A program made the translations under genes and the position numbers. Below are positions 1 to 12,000 of a stretch of DNA of 64,000 nt, in pieces. Positions within the stretch are counted from its first letter, which is position 1. Every line of letters begins with the position of its first letter. The stretch spans positions 3,607,680-3,671,679 of the forward strand of contig OZ037767.1 of assembly GCA_964035545.1 (NCBI GenBank). The letters are read 5' to 3'. The notes beneath the pieces are model-generated. The model searched no databases. It saw only the letters and a list, made by a program, of their open reading frames with translations, and was not told the origin of the DNA. The DNA comes from Bugula neritina. Taxonomy: Eukaryota > Animalia > Bryozoa.

Positions 1-36
1 TATACAGTATGCTATATATAAATCCCCACATTTCAG

Positions 37-3000
37 GTGTTTACTGCTGTTTTCGCTCTGGAATCTGTGCTCAAGCTGATTGCTATGGGACCAGTCAAGT
101 ATTTCAAAGAAGCGTGGAACTCCTTCGACTTTCTTGTCGTCACATTCAGTTTAGTAGAGCTGATTAACGTCTGGATGGGGAATGGAGGTGCGGGAGGTTT
201 CAGTGTTCTTCGCTCATTCAGACTGGTAAGACCTCAATCTACACTACTAGTTGAAGCAACTTAACTCTGCTTTATACTTAATTTTAAATTTTATCTTTTT
301 TTAAGAATGAAACTCAATTTTTATATTTCTATTCCACATGGTAAGGGGAGTTCTCATGAACCATGATTTTAGTTCTTGAAATTTTTTTTTGATTATTTGA
401 GTAAAAGTTAAGAGGTCAGTTTTCAGTCCTTCACATTTGTAGCTGAGAGTTCTGAAGCTGGCAAAGTCTTGGAAGACTCTAAACTCTCTGATGATGATAG
501 TAGCCAAGTCGTTGGGTGCGTTGGGTAACCTCACCATTATCCTCTGCATTATCATATTTATATTTGCTGTCATGGGAACACAACTCTTTGCTACTGTGTA
601 CGATGATAATGCTCGAGTATTCTATGAAGAGAAATTCACGGAGTTTGATGATCCAAATGGTAAGTATGATTTCTACTCAACTCTTGAAGTTAAGTTTTAA
701 TCGATTGATTTGGAGCATATTTTCTGTGAATGAATTTTTGTTAAGATCATATTTAGTTAGGCATATTTTTGAGTGTTTAATTTTTCAAGCATGTAGTAAA
801 CCATATATGGTAGTTACAATTTTAAAGATGGCTGCCGTGGTGGTCAAAATTAAATTAAGCATATATAATTTTATTAGTTATATTGTGTAAGCATTCTAAC
901 TACAAAAATAAAGTTTTTGCTTCACTTTTACTTCTACCAACAAACAATAACTTTCAAGTATGTTTATAAGATATAGTTTATAACTATCTGATGCATATGT
1001 ACATGTGTGCGTAACTAAATGTTCTGTTCAGTAAGTACTTTTATTGTTAATTTATTTCAGCCGAAAGAATTCCCAGATGGAACTTCAAGAATTTTCTTCA
1101 TGCTCTGATGATTGTGTTCAGAGTCCTGTGTGGAGAGTGGATTGAGTCGATGTGGAACTGCATGAGAACTGGACAGGAGTATATCTGCGTACCTTTCTTC
1201 CTTCTTACCATGGTCGTTGGAAACCTGGTGGTTTGTATTTTGTTTTAAAATTGTAACAAGTAATTGTTTTTATTGTTTTCAGCTCTTTTAAATCATAAAT
1301 AAAGCTGAACAAGTTTGCTGACTAAAAGCTTTATAAATGTCATTATTTCCAGCAGATATAATATGTTGATGAGGCAAGACTCCTGCCTAAAACTAACATT
1401 TCGTTTCCAATAATAATCTTAAAAATAAAAAGTCAGACAAAACAATAAACTTGTCAAAAATAGAAAATTGTTGATGATTCATGATTTCTTTAAAAATTGG
1501 TTGTACAGCAGTTTATGCCGAGTATATATGTATGGGCAGTGGCTGATTCGGTGAAGCTGACAAAGTATTTTCTATTTATAGGTGCTGAACTTGTTCTTAG
1601 TTCTGCTGCTCAGTTCATTTAGCGCCGACGCTCTCGACAAGAAGGGAGATGATGAGGAAGTTGACAAGATCTCGGAGGCCAAAGGTCGTATCGTCAGGTT
1701 CTTCCAGTACGTGAAGAAGTCTGTGCGTAATCGGTGTTGCGCTTGGAGACAGAGTAAAACACTGAAGGTGACTGAGTCGGAAGAGTTGGTAGATATCAGA
1801 GGTATGTTCACTTTCGTCACCTTAACTATCACTGCCAGTCATTAAAAATTATGTAGGCCTTACCTTTTGTTTCTATATATACTATATATAATATAGGCTA
1901 ATTTTATTACCTGAGAATATTTTCCAATTTTTTGATGCACCATGCTTGAGTAGTCTAATCTAACTTTAAACTAAATTTTGGGTAAAATATACTTCACAGC
2001 TTGTTTGTTATATGTCGTGGGATATTCGATACTACTGCTTCTATAATTTTTCATTGTAAACCAATGTGATATTTTCCAGCCAGTGACAATGGAACTAATG
2101 GAGTACTGCCAGCAGTGACGTACGATGACAATGATGGAATTTCCAACTCTAAAACTGCTACTGTAAGTGACATGGCCATTTAGAAATTTAGGGATCATCG
2201 CACGGAATATTTAAAAAATTGAACATATCTCTTTTGGTTGAGGTATGAAAGCAGGAGGATTTGTGAGTTGCGTGGCTTATAATTCTTTATGATGCAACGA
2301 AAGAAAGGTGCTTACACTCATGTGATCATGACGACTAACGTTTTAGTTCATCATGTGGATTTTGCAAAGAAACATTAGCACAATTCTAACGATTCACTCA
2401 CAAAATCTTTGCTCAACTTTTGTGTTGTACATGTTTGTTAAATTTTGGCTCAGGAAGGCAATAAGGTTTTAGAAGTGTGGCCTGAAGTGGAGTGGGCAAC
2501 TCCAAGTTTTAGAAATCGCTTCACTAAGCAGCTGTCTGATACTGTAATGCCACACGAAACGCATTCTTTGAAGTTGAACTTTTCTTTTGTAAAGCTAGTG
2601 AATTTTTCCAGATGATTCCGTTGCTCGAGGACTTTGATAGCAACCAGCCTGATCGGGAGACGAGCATGGAGAAGTTGGAGCACTACAGCGCCAGTAGCTG
2701 CGAGTCTTTAGATGATGCGGAAGCCTTAGTTCCCAAGTCTGAGAGTGAGAGTAAGAATCCTGAGCTAACTGAAGTCGATGTAAGTCTATGTTTATACCTG
2801 GGATACAAAATCATACTGTCAATGCATATTGGTTTTATTTATTTAGCGTGTGATAACACAATACAACATAAACACACACACACGCACGAACACACACGCA
2901 TGGACACACACACACTCTAGACTCTACAGCTCTGATTACATTACAAACTTTACAATAGGTTGAGCCACTATGAATCGTTTTGAAATAGTTAAAAAATATT

Positions 3001-6000
3001 TATAGTTCTTTTTCATACTAAACCATATTATTTTTAACCAAAATAATTATGTGTTAGCTTATTCCAATTCTTTCGCTCCACATTATGTCTCTGTATTTAG
3101 CTGAAGCCAAATGTACTTCACTATATTTCGTACTAAAGTCACATGACCTACATTTCATTTCTTCATGATTTAAACTGTCAAATTGATTGACCGAAAAGTT
3201 TGAATTACTAATGTCTTTCTTGACTACTCGATGTCTAGAATATAAATACATAGAGCTCTTCAACATTTACTTGCATACAATTTGAAGGTACCCGAGGGCT
3301 ACACGCCAACTGTGGTAATTTCACCCGCTTATCCTGCTCTCCTCTTATCGCTACTTCAATCTATTTTTATTTGAAAATTTTGTGAAAAAGTTTCGTAAAT
3401 AATTTTAGGTTTTGTACAAAAGTGCAGGCAGCATGATAAGCCTGTGTGGTGATTGTGAAAGCATTGGCTGTTATTCGTGAGATTTTTAATTAAAATATGT
3501 TATGTTAAATGCCTAATCTGTTCCTCTAATTGTATCCTTAGTTGCATACTCATAGATTTTTAGTATTTTTAAACTTTGTGTTCACTAAGTATAATGTGTA
3601 AGGTAAAGCTTATTGAAACTAGCATGCTGCATGTATCAACTTAAGCTTCAGCACCAATTACTAACAATAGCTAAGAAAACTTTGTTCAATTTAATATAAC
3701 CAATCATATAGAGTTAACAGAAGAGTGTGGACTTTGCTATCATCTGTTACGGTGCATTTAGACTTTTCCCTGAGTGGTTGAGTATCCTTTTAGGTTGAAT
3801 ACGAGACGTTGCCTAGCCCGTGTTGTTGCCCAATAGTGAAAAATAAATGCGGGGAGATGCCCGAGTCCCGACTGACCAACAAGTTCTGGGCATTGAGATG
3901 TTTCTCGTACAGATTGGTTGAGCATAAATACTTTGAGGGATTTATTATTGTGTGTATCCTTCTTAGCAGCATGTCCCTGGTTAGTAGAACTTCCCCATTC
4001 AATTTACCATATAGTATATGTTATGTAATCTTATATTATGTGTTATGTATATATATTATATGTAATCTATACGTTGTATTATGTTATATATTATGTAATC
4101 TATATTATATGTTATGTAATGTATAGTGTAACTTATATTATATGAGATTAGTATATATTACATTCACCGGGTTTCCATGGATCGATCTCAAATTGATCTC
4201 AGCGAGATCGATCCATGGAAAGCCGATGTATATCTATTATATAGATTAAAGTATATATTATGTAATAACATGAAATATATATAAATATTATAGTTTATAT
4301 TACATATATTACATAATAGATAACATGATATGTTGCATAGATAATATATTATACTATATATATTATATTATATACAAGATTATATCAAAATTCAATATAT
4401 CTAAAAATTCTTATAATATACGAGTATGAGCTAAATTGTAGTTATTAAAAGTTTAATCTACAAATTTCAAATAATTTTATTTCAAAATTTTTAAGCCATA
4501 GGCAGTTTTGCTACATTGTACAAGAAATGTATGACTATAGTCATACAGTAATATAAGAACATAACTGCTAACTCTACCAGCCAACTATTAGCTACAGCAA
4601 CTAACACAACTAATGTATATCTGATCATGTAAATTATAATTATGTGTTTAAGGCTTTGGAGGATATCTATCTAGACCAGAGACCAATACTGAAACTCATT
4701 CTCAACTACATGGACAAAATATTTAGTGGAATATTCATTTGTGAGATGTTACTGAAGTGGCTGGCGTTCGGCTTTCACAGATACTTCACAGACCCGTGGT
4801 GCTGGTTAGATTTTGTCATTGTCGGCGTAAGTATGATTTTTAGTGTCTGTTATTTTTGCAGGAGGCGGTTTTTTTGCTAGTCTTAAAATACGTAGAAATA
4901 ATGGCCAATATTAGTGTGCTCTTGGTGTGCTACTTATACATTTGTTATGCCTTGTGCAGTTGAAAAGCTCTCTCTCAACTATATAATTTATATACTGGTT
5001 AGAATTGTATTGTCTTACAACTTCAGAAATTGCAAGCTAGGTTGATATGAGTCATTTCATATACCTTGCTACTTTCAATTTACTCACAAAATTTGTTTAA
5101 AGTTATTTATAGAAAGACAATATTGCTGTAGGTATTGTAAAACATTCATAGATGCAAGAATTTGTTTTTTGTTGCTTACAAATTTATATCTATCAGGCCA
5201 CAGTTTGAATGACTCATTCACTCACTCACTCACTCACTCACTCACTCACTCACTCACTCACTCACTCACTCACTCACTCACTCACTTGCTCACTCACTCA
5301 CTCACTCACTGGTTGACTGAGTCACTCACTGGCTAACTGACTGAATGAGTGATTAACTGATTGAATGACTCAGTGACAGCATGGTGATACTAAATGTTCA
5401 GTGAATTTTTGTTTCAAGATTTCCATCTCCGGACTGATCATGGAAAGTCTGGGTCTGGGAGGTATAAGTGCATTCAAAGCCATGAGAACTTTAAGAGCTC
5501 TGCGGCCTCTTAGAGCTGTTTCCAGATGGGAAGGAATGAGGGTTTGTTTTTTATTTAATTGCCAAATTGAGAACAGAAAGCTGCTAGTTTCTTGAATGTT
5601 ATTGGAAACTCATCAATTCTAATGCATTTCTGTTTGTTTCAGGTGTAGATGTAAAGCATGTACAATAAATTTATACATTACTATGTTTAAATATAAACAT
5701 TTTGAGTTACTGAAAAGTAAGGTTTTGTATAATTTATTTAATATTCTAGTTGATTCTCGTCTAGCAAATTAAGTAGCTTGTACTAGTTATGCTTCTCAAA
5801 AAAGACTTCACCAAACAACCTTTCTTTTAGTTTCAACTCTTAATGAAAGAAGAATTTAATTCACAACCCAATTCATTTGTTTGTCTGTCATTTAAAAACC
5901 ATAGTTTGTATATTACCCATAGCTCTAAGTGTTATCAAAGCAAAGATTTTCAAATTAAATACTACGCTGTTTGTAAGTTGATATTCAAACAATTTTACAA

Positions 6001-9000
6001 CATTTTATTGCTATCTCACACCGCTTTAGTTTACTGTGGTATATCTCTTTGATTTATCATGTAGGTAGTGGTGAACGCACTCATACAAGCCGTGCCATCT
6101 ATTAGCAATGTCCTTCTCGTTATTCTGATCTTCTGGCTCATCTTTGCTATCATGGGTGTCAACTTTTTCTCCGGAAAATTTTACAAGTGTGTTGATGCTG
6201 AAAACCGCTCGCTTCATGTCTACTACAGGTAAGTGGAACAGTTGGGTGTAAAGTTATCTAAATAAATGAGAAGTTATCTTATCATGTTAATTCTATATGC
6301 AGCAAGCTGGAGAATATCCTATATATATTACATTACATATATAGTAATATAGTAGCATTACAGTATTCTTTACCTTACTTGAGAGTAAACATTGGATGAA
6401 AGGGCTTTCTATATTTCATTTACAACCAGTATAAAATCATCAAATCTGGTGAATTATTTTAGTCACTGATTGAACATGTTTTTTTAGGTACGATAAGTCA
6501 CTATAAGGATGTAACAAGAAAGATTTTTTATTGAAATTAGCTTAATTTTAGCTATTTTAGTAGATGAGACCAATTCATGAAACGAGTTTAAACTGCTGAC
6601 CTAATATATGTCAGCAAACACAACAGCTGCTTCGTAGTTGTATAGAGCCATAGATTTGCTTTTCTATTGATGATGATGTCAGATATGCTACTTTCTAGCA
6701 CAGATATACTCTTTGTATGATGCAAAGTACTAATTCAGTATATTTATACACTCTCTGTTCAGAGGCATAGGTAATGACTCCAATTATGTGGAGACGGTGT
6801 TAGGTGTGACAAACAAAAGTAACTGTGAAGATAAGGTGGATAGAGGGTACAGATGGGTAAACTCTCCAATCAACTTTGACAGCGTGCCTAACGCGTACCT
6901 CGCTCTACTCCAAGTGGTTAGTTTACTTAGCTTTAGCATACTGAAGCTAAAAATACATCTTTGCTTTTCTGTATCTAAAACAGAAGTTGTCTCCTTTATT
7001 TTTAATGCTTGTTATTTTTCTAGCACATTAGGACTGTAATAATTGTTAATATGCCTTTTTTGAAAAAACAATGTTTTGCCATTATGTAGTTTCAATCATC
7101 AACCATGCAAGCAGTGGATATAAACTAGTATTTCAGGCTACATACAAGGGGTGGATTGAGATAATGGCTGATGCGACCGACATCACGGATGTAGATCAAA
7201 ATCCTGTGTTTGAAAGCAAGCCGCTGTACTACATCTACTTTGTGATGTTCATCGTGTTTGGATCTTTCTTCACCCTCAATCTGTTTATTGGTGTCATCAT
7301 TGAGAATTTCAATGCTCAAAAGAAAAAAGTAAGTCTTTTACTCTGTTTTGAAAAACATTTCAGGGCAACACAAAAATTAATTTCTTTTTATTGAATGTTG
7401 AAATTAAATCAATTTTAGATAAATACGTAAGGACTTGAAATACCTTGTTAGTGTCTCGGTATAATATTATAAATATTTTTGCCATATCAGGGCAACACAC
7501 AAAATAATTTGTTTGTCAAATGTTGAAATAAAATGATTTTTTTCTGATCAAAGTGTTTTACATAAAAATATATAGTAACTTGAAACACTTGGATGGTGTG
7601 TCAGTATAATAAATAACTATTATTGTAAACTTAATGGCTGTTGGTTAGGAGTTATAGCTCTTTAATATTATTATGTTTCGAAAAATTTACTTTTCCCTTT
7701 TATTGATTAATTTTTATAACAGAGTCAGTTAGACAAAAATGAACTTTACAATTTAGCTTCAAGTTCAAATCCAAAAAATGAAGTGCTGCAGAGAAATGTA
7801 ATCTATATTTTTGTCCTTTCAGTATTCTGACTTAAAGCATTATGTTATAGCAATTTTTTCTACACTTTACAGTTAGTAACAATATTATCTACAGTTAGTA
7901 ACAATATTATCTACACTTAGTAGCAATATTCACTATTGTCACACTCATACCAAATGTGAAAGCATTCAATAGCTATCCAGCCACTGACCCTGTAATTTCA
8001 GATATAATTTCTGGGTTTTATAAAGTAAGTTTTAGTTTTACGAAACACCTACTCCAATAGGCTTTTTTTCTAAAAGCTTATAAAGTAAATGCATCGAAAA
8101 ATGCATATAGGTTCACACACACTGGCATTATTTTAGCTGAAAGCTGATTTATTCAACTCTACAGAATACATAATTACATTAAAATTTTATGTGCATCTTA
8201 TTTACTTAAAAATATTTATAAAATTTATAGTATGGCAATCCATAAATTTAACTATGGCCACTTTAGAAGTTGGTGCATTTCTACGCTATATTTTAAAAAT
8301 TAGAATGCTGCTGTTACTGCTGCCACTGCTGTTGGTTTTTATATATTGTCTGTTGAATTTTTGCTCTGCTCATCTTTCTAACTTTTAGTTTAGCATTTTG
8401 GTTTAAAGTGCGTCTGCTTTATCTAAAACATCCACTGAAAACTTCTCATTAAACCTGGCATTACCAAGACACTGTACTTCTGCATTTTCCTTTCCTTCTA
8501 TTAGTTATGAACATTTATTACAAACCTTTAATAATCATTACTAGCAATCTCTAGTCATTATATTACTAACCAATGATATTACTATTAATAATCGCTACTA
8601 GCAATTAATATTTATAACTGGTTATTATTAGTCATTACTGGGCATTACTAATCAGTACTGAAAATTACTAGTCATTATTAGAAATTACTAGACAATACTA
8701 GACATTACAAGAAATTATTAGACAACACTAGACATTACTAACTATTACTAATCATTACTTTTTAACTGCAGTTGCATCGCAGAGACTAGCACTAGTTCTT
8801 CTGCATCATTGCTCTGATTTCAACTATATTACATATGTAAATTTTGTCAGAAATAACATTTTACTTTATGTTGTCTCTTTTATTCTTTTCCTTTTAGTCT
8901 GCGGTTGGTATTTATAAATGGTGTACTGACATTAGCTAGCAGTAGATACGCTTTGTAGTGCTTAGATATTCATCAAATACTCGTGCATACAGCTCTAGAG

Positions 9001-12000
9001 CAGTGTTAATTTTAACATTTTAGTTCACTATTAATCAGTGTTACATCTAGATTCCAACTAAGTTTTGCAAAAGTAAAATACATATCAGATATACAAGTTC
9101 AGTTATCTAATTTACTCATTAAATCAGTAAAAATATAAGCTTCTAGTCAAAATTTATATCCGAATCTCTAATATTGGGCTTCATATTTTGAAATGCGGTT
9201 AATCATGGATTACTTGCGTATTCGGGATATAAAATTAACTCCATTATAAAGTTGATTATTGCAAATAGTTTATAGTTTTCACAAAATGTGAAAAGAGAAA
9301 TGTTTGAGAAGGTTTTTATTGTGAATATGCTATACAATATTCATATAAAGCACATATCTATATGATTTAGTATTCAATAATGTTAAATTGCTTGTTCTTT
9401 CCATGCAATGTTAATGCAATTTGAGTTAAACTCTGAAACTTTTCTGCCATGCTGATTGATCCTACTTTATATTCTCATTCATTCAGGACTCAGAAGTATG
9501 TAACTGTTGTATCACATTAAATTAATCTACATTGTTGGGCTGTATTTAATATCTATTAGTTACTACAATTAAATATTCTATATTTTCATTTAAGCATACA
9601 GTTACTCGCACACACATAGTAGAAGCTTTGCTTCCACTACTATTTCGTGCAAGTTATGATTAAAAAACGTAGAAAATATTCACTTAATAATTGCATGTTT
9701 ATCTAATATTATGTTATAAAAATAATATATGCTTTGAAATATTTATAATATTTTGTTCTGTTTTGGTGAAACTTATAAATTTATGCTTGCCTGGGTTCAT
9801 TTTAACTTATTTAGAAGATAAATTTATTTCATTAAAGGAATGTGTTCTAATGTTATTTATAACTGTAATAATGCATGTTTATCATACGTAAAATGTTGAG
9901 ACTGTAAAACACATCTGTACATAGATCGTAGATAATGTTGCCTGACTATTGTAAACTTGTTACTGACCAGGTTTTAAGGTTTAGGTGAAAAGGTAAGAGT
10001 TGAAATGGTAACTTGGCATATTATAATGAATCACCATTAAAGTCCGCCTTTTGCAGGATGGGTTTTGACAGGTTAAACAACAAAATTAATATTTATACAA
10101 ACCAAATCGTTATGGTATTTTGTTGGTGTTGAGCATTTGTTTTGAGGAATTTGTGTTGCAGAAAAATTAAAATTTGGTGTCTTCTAGAAATTTTGAATCA
10201 TCAATTATTCAGATTTTTCACAGCAACATAAGTTTTTGCTGGTGATTTAATTTTTATGTGTGTTTATGCAATGGATTTGCAAGATGCTACTTTTCACTTT
10301 CAATAATTATTTATTTTGCTTTACTAGAAATATTGATAGTTCCATATGCCTTGTCCCTAAAAGTAAAAACAACAGAAATAGTTGTATGGGATTAAGAATG
10401 AATAAAGTTTGTTTATTAAATGTTATAGTTAAAGTCACCTATAGTGATACAATACGGTTTGCAGTATTGAGCCATGTATTACAAAAATATTTTGATATAA
10501 ATTGTAGGAAAGTATATCATTGTTGGAAAAGTTGTATCCCAGATGATAACTATGTTTTACATAATATATTAGACATACATATATACTTTTTTCATATTTC
10601 ATATAAATTGTGCATTGTATAATATGCGTGATATAATATAAATTACATATCATAGTTAAGAATAGAATGACTAGCTGTTTAGGCCGAGTTCAACTGCATG
10701 TTTTAAGCTTGTGGAATTTCGCTAGACCCCCCCCTCCCTGAGAGTTCTAGCTGAGTTTATTCTTACTTTACTGTTAACAGGCAGGCGGCTCTCTGGAAAT
10801 GTTTATGACTGACGATCAGAAGAAGTATTATAATGCTATGAAGAAGTTGTCTTCTTCTGGCCCTGCAAAAGCCACACCCAGACCTAAGGTATACCTGCAC
10901 ACCTCTTAATTATTCGGAGATTGAATTAAATTCTTTTATTTAAATGAAAATCCTTTATATGTATTATTTTATATATCATTTATGTTTTGCATATGTTGAT
11001 GAAATTATTAAGGTATTTTATTTGTTATATAGACATTATATGGTCTTTGAAAGTGACATTGTTTATGTAGCTCTCAATATCACCACTAAATAACATTAGA
11101 ATATATCATTCAAAGCCACAAAATAGCCTTAGTAATTAATACATATCCATAGCCTTGCTCCTGTGTACTTCATACCCATTACATTCATCTGTTTAGTGGG
11201 GACCCCAGGCCGCCATCTTTGACTTCACGATGAACCAGAAGTTTGACGTGGCTATAATGATATTCATCATGCTGAACATGATCACCATGTGCGCCGAGTA
11301 TAGCGGCCAGCCTGACGAATATACTGAGGTGTGTGTCTGTATCGGAGTTGTGCTCTCTATTTCATTACCTTATACGTCATTTATTCTGAAACTTTTGTAT
11401 TAGATAACTATAAACTGTTGGCTATTAGTCGTGTCCTAAAAAATTAATATAGCAGCAATTTCTTTCGTTTCTTTAGGGTATTTTATAAGTTTGCTCAAAA
11501 ATTGTTGGCTAATGAGTCATTTTGTCCATTGTAATTTAATGTTAGTATATTGTTCATGATGATTTCTATGGAATCAGACCTTCACCTTAGTTGTGTATTA
11601 CCTATTATTTCACTCAAGTTGTAGTTTAGGACTAGTTTGTACCTTAATGTAATAAATTACCAGTTCCTATTAGGATAACACTATTATGTCTGTGATATTA
11701 TGCGCCACTGAAGCTGCTATAGTGTGATATGGTACAGTTATAATGTAATATTGTGTTGATATTACTGCTGCTATAATATTGCTGTATTAATTATAATTTT
11801 TTATTGTTGTATCATTGTGCTATTATTGTTGCACTATTTTGGTAATATATTATTGTACTATAATTATTGTGTTATTTGGTTAAGCCATTATTGCAATATT
11901 ATAATTTTACTATTTTGTTAATATATCATTGCGATATTAAATTTATTCTATTTCCTTAACATATTACTGTATTAATTCATTGTTTTTGTTATTCTTCTAT

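Noticed and set aside
1031-1036. Perfect GTAAGT donor just before the DII pore exon
   Set aside because: It would define a 30-nt intron, and no upstream exon fits.
2612-2645. Possible ankyrin-binding motif (IPLLEDFDS) in the II-III linker
   Set aside because: Too weak a match to VPIAxxESD.
3782-3790. U12-type donor consensus GTATCCTTT (and branch-like TTCCTTAAC at ~11952 and ~15725)
   Set aside because: It sits in the pyrimidine tract of an ordinary acceptor, and the branch-like motifs lie in introns with U2-type donors.
4653-6064. Mutually exclusive DIII S3-S4 exons as in insect para
   Set aside because: No duplicate exon is visible in the flanking introns.
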